DNA of 64,000 nucleotides, taken from contig NW_004798018.1 of assembly GCF_000002075.1 (NCBI RefSeq), positions 219,154-283,153 on the forward strand. The letters are read 5' to 3'. Under the pieces are notes generated by a model. It saw only the letters and a list, made by a program, of their open reading frames with translations, searched no databases and had not been told where the DNA came from. This document shows positions 1 to 13,236 of the stretch, piece after piece (the stretch's first letter is position 1; every line of letters begins with the position of its first letter). Source of the stretch: Aplysia californica. Lineage: Eukaryota. The position numbers and the translations under genes are program-made.

Positions 1-169
1 ACCCTATTGTGACTCCCATGGTAACCCTGGATGTTTCTCAAAAGGTGAAGGAGGAAAGAAATTATAATTCCTCAGAGCAATCCAATTTCAGAATCATCCT
101 TTTCAGGATTTGAACCTACAGCACGTGCATTCAAACTAAGCAAGTTCATCTTGGGTTGTTTTTTTTTAA

Positions 170-531
170 TAGTAGAGGGTTTTACGGCACTCGCAACTGC
201 ATAAGGTCATATGAGCGCCAAGGGGTGGGTGTCAACAGAGGTCTTCACAGGGAATCAGACTTAGACTGCTCACCTCTCTAGCTTCAACAGCACAAGGTCT
301 GCTTCGACTATCAAGGCATCCCTGAAATAGCAGGTCACAAGAGAGTGACAAACATACAAAAGAAGTAGAGGAAAATGACAATAGTAAGGATTAGGGAAAA
401 AAAAGCAGCAGTTCCCTGTTGTAGATCAGGCACAGTTATGAGCGGGACATGAGTCAGCCCATTTACAATTCTACTATGCTTGAACGAGAAATGTTCCCCC
501 CTTTGGGAATGGCCTAAAGACACTACAGTCA
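170..531 (-). mobile_element. Retroposon family A1 copy (shared stem-loop tail)
   Basis: Closely similar to 5205-5602 (inverted) and 21093-21503; tail GGCGCTCATATGACCTTATGCAGTTGCGAGTGCCGTAAAA. Confidence 0.85.
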
Positions 532-645
532 CTTCATCTCATGTTTGACTCATATCCTGCAGAAATAGCAAGGCATAATAATAATTAAGACGTTTACTCC
601 GAAATTCAACAACAATAGTCAGGAAATTGAGGCATTAATTTGTAA

Positions 646-651
646 TTTATT
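646..651 (-). terminator. Candidate distal poly(A) signal (AATAAA) of the MTMR10-like gene
   Basis: TTTATT on + strand, with a GT-rich element (tattgttgttg) about 30-40 nt further downstream on the minus strand. Another AATAAA lies at 2383-2388. Confidence 0.35.
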
Positions 652-3600
652 AATATCTTGTACAGAATATATAGTGAATTATACAGGCAGTCGGGGGTTG
701 CATGGGATCAGACACAGAACACAGGACAGTCACTTGGGAAAACACTTCCTTCTGTGTCTCCGTCACCGAGTAGGGAGAGAGCCCTGACATGAGAAAGTAG
801 TGAGCGCTGGGGGAAGGACACACAGAATATGGAGACATTCGTTGGAAAATACAAACTACAAATGTATTACAGGACAAAATGTTCAAGTGGTCAGTAACAA
901 CTACAAATGATAGGTTCCATTTCTGATCTAAACCAGAAAAAGCTGGGCAGGAGTCTCTAAACTAAAGATTATGGGAGGAATGCTGCTTCTCATACTATTT
1001 TGTCCCGTCCAGACCAACTTGGAATATTGAAATTTTCATACCCGACTGATGTGCGGTCACTTTTTCTTCTTTACAACACATCTCTTGTTTCAGTGTGCCA
1101 CTCTACCATTTTCTCATAATTGTCCCATTAGTCATTTTTTAAATCAATCATAATCAAGTTTCATCCTCCCTGGAAAAAAAAAATAATAAAAAAATACTGT
1201 TTTCATAATAGGAGTACACTGAAGCTTGGAGACCCCTCAATTAAGGAGATAAATAAAATATCTTTCTGGACATTTGGATGATACAATTCATATCTCAAAA
1301 AAGTAGTAGGGATGATGGACAGGGAAAGATAAACATAAAAATGAGACAGACATTGCCATTAGCCAACCCTGCCACAGCATTCACATTAACGAAAACAAAA
1401 GAAACTTCACCAACGGACAAACTTTCTGAATCAGGCATACCCGATGAAGTATGAAGTGGAGGAGAGTAAAGCATTAGTGGCATTTTGTAGGGTTGGGTTA
1501 AAATTATCAAAGCAGCGGTATACATGGCGTAAAGAATGATGAGACCAGAGAAATAGTTTCTGGATAAATATTTCTTTTGTGCACAGCAATCTTTTATTCT
1601 AGAGTAACAGCTTGTGAGGGATACTCCTGACACTTCAGTTACCAATTTGCACATAAACATACAACAGTCGTAGTCTCTACCCAAGCAGCTGGTCATCTTA
1701 AAACAAATGGATTCTTATGAAGACTGGATTTCCAGATGAATTTCTTGCTGGGCAACTCATCTTTTACATGAAAGATTCATGGTCACCCTACTTGTTTTTG
1801 TTATACTTGCTTTATGGTAAAATTGGTTTGTATTTTTTTGTTTTGTTTATTTGTTTGCTGATAATGTGTTCTTTTTATTTCTTATTGTTGTAGGAGAGTG
1901 AGGGTTTTGGAAACAGGGTAGAGAGGTCCAGTTGGTAACCTTGATCATACGAAATGAAGAAACACCAGAACCAATTAAAAAAATAATTGTTGGTTGTCAA
2001 CCCTAATCACCATCTCTCGTCCCCCTTCTAAGATGCTCCAAGTAAATGTGTACAGTGTTGAGACTGTATAGATGGCACCATTCGTTATCCTGGCTATCCC
2101 ACAACCTTTCCCCTATCCTCTTTTCTTTTTCACTTAAAAAATAAAACATTGTTAATAACAATTATAAAATTGCATCACATCCCTGACTCTATCTACCAAA
2201 GGGTCTTTGTACTAATACATGGGCAGAGAATATTCTTAGACTTGGCATACTGTTGCAGTAAGAAAATTGCATGGAAATTTTCTCTCAAATAAATAATCAC
2301 AGAGTACAATTGCTATTGACATAATTTAGTAACATGAATGGTTGGGTACTACATAAATGGTTAATCTACAGTTATTCATGAGTTTATTGGATACATTAAT
2401 TTACATGCATTTATCATCAACAACAACAAAAGATATATTTTCATTTGAGTCATTTCAATGTGTAGCAAAGGCAAAAGTGTATTACTGACAAAAGGCACAA
2501 GTCAGTTACAACTCTATCACCATTCCAGGCTGAAAGGCCGGAAAAAAATCAAGACTTCAAACACTCCCAACAGCCAGTCCACAAGAAGTGCCATTAGCCT
2601 GCAGGATTTACAAATGTTTCAAACAAGGCACATCTCCAAGGACAGCAACAGGAAGGAAGGAAAAGAGGGTGAGTTCTATTTCCAATGCCCAGTCAATGCC
2701 TCTACACTGGTATAGACAGATTAGGACAGCAAAAACATTGAGGGGGGGGGAAGAAGAAAATCAAACTACTCCAAAGTTTACACCAAAAACTCACTTAAAT
2801 CCCTATTAATAAATACCCCCCCTCCCCCCCAAACACACACACAAAATGAAACATTGTGAAAATCCAAGAGAAAATAAACCTATGTAAAAAAAAAAGTCAA
2901 GGCTAAAAAGATGTTAGGACAAAAATAGGATGTCCTGCTCATATTATGATCAATGCATGAGTTAACCCCTTCGTTGCCTTAAGGTGTGTATGGCAAGTCA
3001 CGAAAATGTCCAATTTTTGGCTTTTGCTGTACATTGAGACCACAAAAATGGACAAAATTTGCCATTCCTGATTGCATATGTTGTTCCTACAAATCATCTG
3101 GCTACAATTCTTCTGTTTGGAGATTTAGCCACAAGCACAACATGATTAGCATTCAGGGAATAAAAAATGCCTATTCGGAACCAAATTTGCTAGTATTACT
3201 GTATTGTCTAATCATGGACGACTATGCTTTCCCAACACGTTAACACCAAATAATCTGAAAAAAGGCAGCACATTTCCCTTTTTTGCCTTGATTCGCAAGT
3301 TATTCAAAATTATGGGGAAATTAAGGATGAGGAAGGTGACATTATCAAAGGCTCAGGGTTCAAATATGTCATGAGTGGGCATAATCAGACAGTGAGCTCA
3401 CTGACATTGAAATCATTGGAAAAAGTTTCGATCTTGTACACAGCTGACCTGGCTTATGAGCTTAGCTGAAAATCAGCGCTGACAGTGGGAACACACCCCA
3501 CCTGAAAACCTCTGACATTTCATGACCCTAGAATTACAAAGTTCTATCTACTTAGTGCCTACTTCGGGGAAATTTGACGTTAAAAATAATTTTGAGTTTA

Positions 3601-3994
3601 AGAACACGTCAAAGTTTCTCTAATGCAATTCTTTGAATATCTTGACAATGACTCGGAATAATCTTACAATTTTGATAGAGCAGATAGAACATTTGGTTTC
3701 TGACCATATGGTCTTAGTAACTCAAAACGGACAAAAACTTCAGAAAGAACTTTGTAATTCTAAGGTATACTCATACAAAAAAAGGGACACATGGTCTTTC
3801 CCGTCACCATACTTAACCGCCCTAAACATCACATTACACATTGTACAAAAGAAAAGTGATCATCAGAGCAGTTGGATAGTGGACAAAAACTAGATGTACA
3901 ACAAGGCTCTCTAGAAGTAAGAAGGCATATATCTTCATGGACTGGTTGAGCATCAATCTCACGACTGAATTTGATTCACACTACAGCACTTATG

Positions 3995-4290
3995 CTTGTT
4001 CTTCTTTTTCTTCTCCTCCTCCTCTTTCTTCTTCTTCTTCAGGTGTCAGACCTGGACAAGTCACTGACGGTCATGGTGCCTCATTCCTTCCTGTTGCCAG
4101 TCTTCCTGACCAGCTTTCTTTATCCAACACTACTATTATCTATTAAGGCTTTGGACTCTCAAACAAAAGTTGTGAGCTCAGTTCTCTGCTTCATCATGTG
4201 GGACGTAGTTTTTTTTTTTCCTGGAGACTAGCTTCTTGACTCTATTTTCCTCAATTCACCCTGCTGAAAATGGATGCTTGGCAATCATTT
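3995..4290 (-). mobile_element. RTE-clade LINE 3' end relic
   Basis: Decayed RKIESR.. and RKTGNRKE*GTM...SRSDT* followed by an (AGA)n tail, like RTE C-termini (GKIEG.R.RGR; DR..WR.M). Confidence 0.55.
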
Positions 4291-5204
4291 GAGACAGAAT
4301 AGATCTATGAATGATAACAACATGCCCCTAACAGGATAACAAGGGGACTGAACCAGTGAAACAGAATTGACTGGCCAAGAGAGTGTCTGAGTCATCTGCC
4401 AGTGGGGGTAACTCAACAATAAATAAGCAATGACATTTTTTATAGATTATGTGGTGCTGCAGGTCAAATTGTGATGGCAGTAACACAGTAAAAGACTAGA
4501 CTGATCAAGCTATACTAATCTACTAAAGTTATGAGCTGACTATGGAATGAAAGTACAGTCTAGCACCCACATACTGAAACTGGTGGGACACAGAAATCTT
4601 GCCATTATGTACAAATTTTGCAATGGACATGTATACAAATAACATATACATGTATCTAAAAATTTAGAATCTGAAAAATCTGTTTGCTATGCCCATGTTT
4701 TGCTAGCATGTTCACCATGTGCCTGCTAGACTGTACAATAAATCTGAAATGCTCTGCACTGTCTAAAATAGACAAAAAACCCCATAAAAAACAGACAACC
4801 CCTCATTTTGAGGCAAACAGCAAAAATATATTTCACTGACATTAAAAAAAAACCCTTTAAGTGTATAGATCTCTATTTGTGGAGTGGACAGTGTGTGGTT
4901 ATTATGCAGATTTGTCACCATTGAGCATTCAACAAAACGGAAACAATGTTAATTCCCCTTCTTTTCACTATTTTAGCTAGCACAGCATTTACATAACTAG
5001 TGAAATTTTGAAATGGTTGACAAGTCTCAAGGCATCACACTAAATTTCAAGCTAATTAGCTTAAAACTTACAATACATATTACGTCTACACATCTGGAGA
5101 CCATATGGGTGAAAATTATTGTCATGTGCTGTTTAAAAAGGCCAAATTCAGCTTCATATGTATAATTCGATATGCTGACATTAAGTGCATGCCAGACCCT
5201 GAAT

Positions 5205-5602
5205 ACCCCCCGGGACAGTGCCACTGACTGAAGTGTCTTTAGGCCATTCCCAAAGGGGGGACATTTCTCGTACAAACACAGTAGAATTGTAAATGGGCTG
5301 ATTCATCATGTCACGCTCATAACTGTGCCTGGTCTACAACAGGGAACTGCTGCTTTTTTTTCCCTAATCCTTACTATTGTCATTTTACTCTACTTCTTTT
5401 GTATGTTTGTCACTCTCTTGTGACCCGCTATTTCCGGGGTGTCTTGATAGTCGAAGCAGACCTTGTGCTGCTGAAGCTAGAGAGGTGAGCAGAGTAAGTC
5501 TGATTCCCTGTAAAGATTTCTCTGTTGACACCCACCCCTTGGTGCTCATATGACCTTATGCAGTTGCGAGCGCCGTAAAACCCTTTACTAAAAAAAAAAG
5601 AA
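5205..5602 (+). mobile_element. Retroposon family A1 copy with 11-bp TSD
   Basis: TSD agaccctgaat at 5194-5204 and 5603-5613; A-rich end after the stem-loop tail. Confidence 0.9.
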
Positions 5603-7368
5603 AGACCCTGAATGATCTCGGATGAATCTCAACTCTTCAGTCTGAGCAGCCATCTGCTTAACTGAAAATGTTCTTAGTGACTGAGGCAGAGGCCATACTT
5701 GCGGCACATCAAGAGCTTTTGCTCTGTAAAAGTTATGGCACGAGACACAGGCGAATAATATGTTGTATGGACACTCAGTAAACACAATTAGTTCTAAGGA
5801 AACTTCAGTGCATTAGACCTGATGTCCCTGGAGGTACTCTAATCCGAAAAATTCAGCGATCATTCCAAACCAAAAGGCTATCTTAGAGTGTAGGGCTGTA
5901 CTATTTCGAGTACACTATGGGTTTAAGCCAGAAAAAAGTTTTAATATAGGCCACAAGCAAATATCTTACCAAATGATATATAGAAAGAAATAACTACAAC
6001 TGAATACACTATAATGTGGAATGGCCATGAAGAGATAAAACAAATAAATACTGTCTAGAAACATAAGTAAACACATAGTACAAAAACCCAACCCTCACAA
6101 CTTTACTACCAACATACAAACCCAATAAATTCTTCACTATAATATAACAAAGCAATGTCCTGGTGGTTTCTAAATAATACTGAAGTCTCAAAAAAACCTA
6201 TCGCGTTCATATACAGGCAATGAACTAGTACAAAATACACACCACTAATTTCCATGCAGGGTCGATTCATTAGACAGAACTTAATATTCTGTACCTCTTC
6301 TAAGACATAGACTCTCTTTTTTGAGCAGTTTACAGAGCCTGAAGGAACGATCAAACATACCCTCTTGACTAAGTCATCTAATCAAAAAGCAAGCTGCAAA
6401 AGTAACTAATTCCAGGATATCAACAGCAGAAAATTATTACATAAGATTTTAAACACTGTAAGCACCATAATTTCGCTGTGATGAATCAACTCAAAATTTT
6501 TACGGAGAAGAAATATACTGAAGGTTGTGAATAATACAGAAACAGCCTGAGCAAGTTCTATATACACAGAGACAAAACAATGTTTTATGCTTTACAGAGT
6601 CTCTGTCGCTCTGGAGAACATACATGCATTGGACACGCAGTTTGAAACAGAACCCACGATCATCCATTGAGGATGACCATTCCTTGAATATAATAATCAC
6701 ATGTGCGAATATCACAAAATGTGTAACAAAACATGTGGCGCTACGAGGAAACCTATTGTATAAAGCACAGGACTGTTTTCAGCTGTGAGGACCTATTTTG
6801 TCCCCATATCTGTGCACATACATTCGAAATGCATTATCTCAGGCTAGAATTGAAAGATGTGAAAAAAAAACAAGAAGTTCGAATTTTCAGAAAAAAACTA
6901 AAAATGTTACGATTCACCAAAAGCGACAGGTCATCTGACAGAGCTACACAAATGCAGGGCCATCTGGTGGTGTGTTGTGACATTAACAAAGACATCGCGT
7001 TCAGTGTCTTTAGAAAAAAAAGTAGTATTGTGAGGATACATAATCCGACTACACGAAGAGAGGACAGACGAAAGCTTCTTGCAAACCAGCAGGCATAACA
7101 TGGAGAATAAGAGTTGTGTCAAAGAGGCACAATTCAAGGAAACTTTGACACATTCCTATGGGTCCAAAGAGCTGGAGGATGAAAAGACAAGACTTTGCAA
7201 ACTACAAACTCATGTTTGCGTAAAGACAGGCATGAATACATTTTAATATTTGACTATTTACAAACATAGCAGCTTTTGAGTAGTCCTGAACAGAGAGAGA
7301 GATTATGCAGACTTTGCATTTTCCTCAAGATGGCCACACAAGTACACAAAGTATTATATGGAAAAGTC

Positions 7369-8253
7369 CTAGTCATCAGTGTCTTGATTATAATCGTGAT
7401 CTATCTCAGTTTCTTTCAAATAGCGAGAGAGCGGCCCACAGATGAGAGTGTGCTGGGTGTGCTGAGAGACACCGGGGGAGAACGGGAAGGAGGAGGTGAT
7501 GTACAAGGAGGACAACTGCTTGCTGGTGCTCTGATATCCAGTGGCACCAAACACTAAACCACTCTGGGGACGAGGTGCTCTCAGGCGTACCTGCAAATGC
7601 CCAGAATTGTTTCCGTCTCTCTGCTCCGGGTTCCGCTCTGACGCTTGCTGCTGCACGAGCTGAGAAACCTGTTGTAATTTGTGCTGTAGGCAGATCACCT
7701 CTTCTGCTAGGATACACTGCTGCATGTATTGTGAAGGATTCCCCCCTCCCACGATCTGTGCCGGTACTATCCACCGGAGAAAGCACTGGGCCCACAGTTT
7801 GATGAGGCTCGCCGTGACCTCTGGCTTGAGAACTGTCTCTTGAAGAGCAAACATATCCGTAGAAGGAGGGGGCGAACCCAGCAGCATTGAGTAGCGACTT
7901 TCTCTCAGTTCCTCTCCGGAAAGACGAAGGGTGTTTCTTGCACTGTGCACAACTTTGTCAAGATCAAAAGAAGTTCTAAGTGTGTACAGGGGGTTGTTGA
8001 ACAGGAGGATCTGCTCATCGCTCAAGTGGAACGTCCAGTCCCATGCGCTGGGCAGTGAGATGAATGTCCGATTGGGCCCCTCGATGAGGAACTTCTTGCG
8101 GTGCCAGCAGCTATTGAACAGGAAAGTGTCAAACAGTCCCAAGTGCACAGAGTCCCACAGTGAGGTCAGGTACGTCTCCGTGAAGGCAAACGAAGACGGG
8201 AACTGCTGCAGCAGTTGCCACACACAGTCCAGAAACAACAGGAAAATTGGCGC
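7369..8253 (-). CDS. MTMR10: MTMR10-like last coding exon (APIFLLFLDCVWQLLQQFP...KLWAQCFLRWI...QDTDD*)
   Basis: ccacag acceptor at 8256-8254; 885 nt to TAG. P.F..FLDCVWQL..QFP..F.F motif and 3-PAP-type C-terminal KLW..C.LRW motif. Confidence 0.96.
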   Translation of the reverse strand, partial: APIFLLFLDCVWQLLQQFPSSFAFTETYLTSLWDSVHLGLFDTFLFNSCWHRKKFLIEGPNRTFISLPSAWDWTFHLSDEQILLFNNPLYTLRTSFDLDKVVHSARNTLRLSGEELRESRYSMLLGSPPPSTDMFALQETVLKPEVTASLIKLWAQCFLRWIVPAQIVGGGNPSQYMQQCILAEEVICLQHKLQQVSQLVQQQASERNPEQRDGNNSGHLQVRLRAPRPQSGLVFGATGYQSTSKQLSSLYITSSFPFSPGVSQHTQHTLICGPLSRYLKETEIDHDYNQDTDD

Positions 8254-9812
8254 CTGTGGACAACAAAGGCAAACAGTCACTTTGGTATCAATAAAATTTT
8301 GGTGAATCCCCAAAACCTAGCAAGAATACTCAAATACAATAAAAATAACATAGTGTGCACTTCTCCGCCACAGCAGCTAATAATAATAATAATAAATAGC
8401 ATTTATACTGCGCATTTCCATTTTCTAAAAGATGCTCAAAGCGCATTACAATGAAAAAGACATCACATCTAGAAAATTAATTGACATGCGTGTACGTAAA
8501 ACAAAGTATTATACATATAATATAAATGCATATAATGTGTAAAAATTTATATGAGAAAAACAGTCTCGCAGTGAGGTTGGAAATGTGTTCACTAAAAATA
8601 TACAATGCAATAAAAATTCACAAACAGTCACAATAAAGTTGAAAAGTGAGTAACTAGAAACATTCATTAAAACATTCGTTCTATACAGATAGAAAAAAAA
8701 ACATTTCCGTTCTCTCTCTCTCTATCTCTCTCTTTCTCTCTACCTCTCTCTCTCTCTCATTCTCACACGCTATTTCTTAAGTCTCACAGTCTGGCATACA
8801 CATGCCTGTTTTTGTGTTGTCTTGAGAACGACAATGTAAATATTTTTACAAAGGAATTCAAACCAATGCTAAAACCCACTTTTTTTGCCTAACTTGCAGA
8901 GTCCTTTTTAATACGAAACAAGAAAGTGTTCCAAAAGTTGGGAAGCCAAATGAGTAAAAATCTGAGAATATCATCACCAACTGTAATTGCATTTGAAACT
9001 ACATGTTTTACAGCCTCATTAAGAATGCGGGCTGTATCGACCCTGCCTGTCAGGATCAACCAGTGCTGAGAGGGATACAATGATACAATGTCTCAGCAGG
9101 AACAAGCTCATGTTTTTCTGTGTGCAACTGCAAAGCTCGTAACCACTATACCACAGGCCTCGATACATCACCAAATATTAATAAATGAAACGCAAATAAT
9201 TCCCGAAACCTCCTTAGTAAACAGTATCATACACTGTTTACTTTTGTTCAAGTAGTGTCCTTATTAAATACAACGCAATTCATTTGTAAATGAGGGGATT
9301 TGCTCTTCCGAGAAACATCAATTGAAAAAAAAATTCTTTCACACAGCATTACAGAGGCAGAAAACCAAGAACAAATAATCTAAAAAAAGGAAAATCATTT
9401 CAAGTTGATGTACAGTGCCAGCCATGATTTTGTGCCTCATCCCAGTAGTGAATTTCCGTTTTCTCAGAGGCATTTAAACATCAAGCAATGTTAAGTGGGA
9501 GTAGCAGTTCGACCATTGCCAGACACTTCAACCGTAGCACAAAAACAGGGTGTATCACGGCTGCCACAAGAAACGATAAGACTGCATGTAGTGTTTGCCG
9601 TTTTGTTGTTTCTTTGTATGTATTGCATAATCTGCTCTATTTGTATTCCTTTGAATATGTCATAAAAAGACCAAAATTTCCCTTGAAAAAAAAAGAGAAA
9701 ATAAAGTGGATGTTTGAAGATTAAAAACAAAACAAAAACAAGCCACTGAAACACAAACCCCTCTTGTAAAGACACAAATAAAGTGGGTGCTGGCATATAC
9801 CCAATTTGTTAC

Positions 9813-9994
9813 CTGTTCTGTCTCTGCTACATTCTGAGACCAGACTAAGTGAAGTCTGCGCTGGAATGGGTGTCCCATGACCACCCACTCCCTCTGAAGC
9901 AAGCTCTGGAAGCCGGAGATGGTTCGGAACTCCGGGTCCAACTGAAGCTGCACTAGACTGGAGATAAGGGCGGTAAAGTCACAGCCACTCTCCT
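9813..9994 (-). CDS. MTMR10: MTMR10-like exon 14, degenerate P-loop and SID region (EESGCDFTALISSLVQLQLDPEFRTISGFQSLLQREWV)
   Basis: tgccag acceptor, CAG|gtaac donor, phase 1/0. LDP..RT..GFQSL..+EWV is the myotubularin hallmark; Glu at the catalytic Cys position identifies the MTMR10/11/12 group. Confidence 0.96.
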
Positions 9995-10224
9995 CTGGCA
10001 ACGAAATACAAGGAAAAAGGAAATTAACTTGTTTTAGTATAAGGACTCTGGCAGGATGTTATGGAAAGTTGTTTTTTTTTCAATTTCCCTGTGAACTGTA
10101 AATGAGAACAGACTCCAGCAAGAACTCCAGTCTTCAAGTATATTATTATCAGCAATGTAAATGCTCAGTTCTCTACTTTTCTGACATGAGATTATAAAAT
10201 AAACTACAGAACAAACCACAGCTT

Positions 10225-10404
10225 TCGTGGGTGGTTGGAGGGTGCTCTGGTGTGGTTTGCTTCTTCTTTCCTATCAAACATCTATTGTCTTTATCTCCCC
10301 TCCTTTTTTGTGTTTGTTACTCTCTTGTAACACCTCTAATCTTCGGCACTTATATGACCTTATTGCGTTGCAAGCACCGTAAAACACTTACAAAAACCCC
10401 CCAA
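10225..10404 (+). mobile_element. Retroposon family A2, short monomer
   Basis: Starts GTGGGTGGTTGG; ends in the shared tail; TSD aaaccacagctt at 10213-10224 and 10405-10416. Confidence 0.9.
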
Positions 10405-10734
10405 AAACCACAGCTTGCATCTATTTGAATGAAGTTCAAACATTTGGTGTCTGATACACAATACAAGAGATGACAAGAGTATCTTGGTCATACCATTACA
10501 AAAAAACCCAACTTACTTTCAAACTTGACAAACAACATGCAAACTTTAGGGAGTACAGCTTCACCAACAAAAACACTTGAAAAACTTGAAAGTAAACCAA
10601 AATACTGAATGCAAACTTATGCCATAATATACAAAATAAAATTTTAAAACTTTCATAATATAGAATATAGGTACTAAGTGTGGATTTGAACATGCAACTG
10701 AAACTGATTACAGCTATGGAATTGAACTGGTCAC

Positions 10735-10884
10735 CTTTGAGAACAACAGTCTGTGACTCCCGCATCAGCTGGTTGACAACGTGGTTGGCCGTGTTCAGAC
10801 AGGAGGACACTTGCTGCAGCCACTGGGAGTTCTCCAGGTTGTTGAACCAGCGAGAGTCACTGCTGTAGAAGTCCTTGGCCGAGT
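10735..10884 (-). CDS. MTMR10: MTMR10-like exon 13 (DSAKDFYSSDSRWFNNLENSQWLQQV...VVLK)
   Basis: ccacag acceptor, G|gtgacc donor, phase 1/1; W...LE.S.WL motif. Confidence 0.94.
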
Positions 10885-11721
10885 CTGTGGGGAGCAGAAA
10901 GGAGAATCTTAAAAGACATTTGTGTTAAAAAGAGACGTGTATCCACATGTTAACGACATCGCTTAGTGATGGGGAAAAGTAAGAGAGAGACAAACAAAAA
11001 CAACTCTTGAAAAGAAAAGAAGTAGTAGTACTAACTGGTATTGCCCTATAACCACCCACTACTTAATCAGAAATGACATCTCATTGCTTGCTTTTTCTGA
11101 AAAACCCTTTTTCGTACTGGTTACTTGATAGAAGAAGAAGTGTCTTCAGCGTAATGAGCGCAGACCTGCAGTTCTGGGTTTTTAAAAATTCACAATCCAT
11201 GAGAGAGGTTCTGAGCTGAATTTTTACAACGAACTATCCAGTTATTACAATACATTGGTCCCTGGTGCACTCATTAACTTCCATCTTGCATCTTGCAGTA
11301 AGTGAATCTGATATTGGTCAGATATGACCTCAGACTCACAACGCATGGCCATTTGAATTAAACAGTTTGGTTACTCCGGGGTACAGTGGAAACTTACATC
11401 AAATGTCAATGCATCAGTTTTCCCAAAACAAACAACTACAAATGAGGGGGAAAAAATATACGATTAGACATGTCCACAAGTGCACATACCACAGTCTAGC
11501 ATGCACATTGGGAACATACACATAGCAAACAGATTTTTAGGTTCTAAAGTTTTTTTTATACATATATATTCTTTCTATTTAAAACACATATACAGCAAAA
11601 TTTGTACAGCGTCCAGCTGATTTCTGTATGTGCCAGCAAGACAATATATATTAAAACTAAAATCTACTTAGACAGATGTTCTTGTGATGAGAGAGAGAGC
11701 ATGCTGGTTCCTAGCACCCAC

Positions 11722-11852
11722 CTGTCATAATGATACTCTTCAAGCGCTCCACACTCGTCCTCACATCCAGCAGGGACGGGCACATCCGGCTCAGGTCAAG
11801 GATCAGGAGCTCTTTGTCATTACCACTGGACTGACGGACAGCACTGAGGATT
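11722..11852 (-). CDS. MTMR10: MTMR10-like exon 12 (ILSAVRQ...DLSRMCPSLLDVRTSVERLKSIIMT)
   Basis: ttcag acceptor, G|gtgggt donor, phase 2/1. Confidence 0.9.
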
Positions 11853-11884
11853 CTGAACATACGCATGTCCATGATTACAACACT

Positions 11885-12338
11885 TGTTTCGTTTGTTTAG
11901 TTTTATTAGAGGTTTTATGGCGCTCGCAACTATATAAGGTCATATGAGCGCCAGAAGATTAGAGGTGTTACAAGGGAATAACAAAAATTTTTAAAAAGAA
12001 GGGGAGATAAGGACGATAGATGTTTGAAAGGAAAGAAGGAGCAAACCACACCAGAGCACCCGCCAACCACCCACAACATTGTTTCTCTAAATTATTGATA
12101 TTAAAAGTCAAATAAGGTGGAACAAAAATTCCATTTAATCTGGACAACCAATATCACCACTTTACTTTTAGTAAGAGTTTTACGTCACTTGCAATACAAA
12201 TAGGTCATATAAGTGTCAATGATCTGAGGTGCTACTAGAGAATAATCTACACAAAAAAAAGGAGGAGAGCAAAAGGATGATATATGTTTGATAAAAAAGA
12301 AGGAAGAAACCACACCAGAGCACCCATTAACCACCCAT
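11885..12338 (-). mobile_element. Two adjacent A2 monomers (about 11885-12075 and 12163-12338)
   Basis: Both carry the tail, the body and the caaccaccca end. Confidence 0.85.
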
Positions 12339-13147
12339 ACATCACCACTGAAAGAGCTGAGAACAATTACATGAATATTTTAAAGAAAAGTTACATGATG
12401 TAACAAAAAAGTATACCCTACAAAGAGGGCATTTCATTGCTGCCAGTTACAATATTTAATGAGGTTACAGAGCGACTTACCCTTTTTTCAAACATTTAAG
12501 ATTTCTGTTCTCCACTCATTTATTGAATAATCTTGAGCAACTTTGTTTTTAGAGTAAACATGAAGTAAGACTTCGTTGATATTTGTTGTACGATAAAATT
12601 TAGGTCGGATTCTTAACCTTTAAATTCAGGAGATCGCCACACATTTTTACAAAATATCACATCTCAACATAACAATAAAATGGAGAGGAAAGAATCGGTG
12701 ACAAACTTTTGTTGACCACAAGCAAATTCACATGACTCGAGGAAAGAACTTGATCGGTCCACATAGGATATGTCAGAACAGGTCTACTTCTTTTGTCGCG
12801 TTTTGAAATAAAAGTGTAACTTTCTACAATTCTTTAAAGAGGACAAATTGCATTTTATGAAAAAAGAAGTAGATTCTGATATATGCCTCACCTTTCTAGA
12901 TATGACCAGTACTTTGAAAATGTAATTTGTTGCATTTTGTCATCAAACAGTTCATATTTTGTTAAAAAAAATTTTTTACACATCATACTGTAATAAATTG
13001 GAACCATGGTTAAAAAAAAATAATTGACACATGGATTACACATCAAAAGGAAACCTCTTTTGAAATACATAATCATCTCAGGTTATAAACATTCTACACC
13101 TAAGATTGTACACAAACTTAGACTCAATACACAGAGATGTAACTTAC

Positions 13148-13236
13148 TTCTCTTCACACCACTTGAAAGCTGACTCTTGCATAATCTGAGACATCCTCAC
13201 CAAGCTGGCACCATTCACGTAAGTATATGACCATGT
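13148..13236 (-). CDS. MTMR10: MTMR10-like exon 11 (TWSYTYVNGASLVRMSQ...)
   Basis: tttcag acceptor, AA|gtaagt donor, phase 0/2; NG..LVRM motif. Confidence 0.92.

Noticed and set aside
3937-4231. Hydrophobic poly-Leu ORF resembling a signal peptide
   Set aside because: Antisense translation of the (AGA)n tail of an RTE relic.
5225-5305. Possible HDV-like pseudoknot near the 5' end of family A1
   Set aside because: Some pairings are possible, but the conserved L3 loop and catalytic C are missing.
7406-8305. Alternative-frame and antisense ORFs overlapping the last MTMR10 exon (also 50594-50953 opposite NGRN)
   Set aside because: Shadows of real coding sequence with no recognisable motifs.
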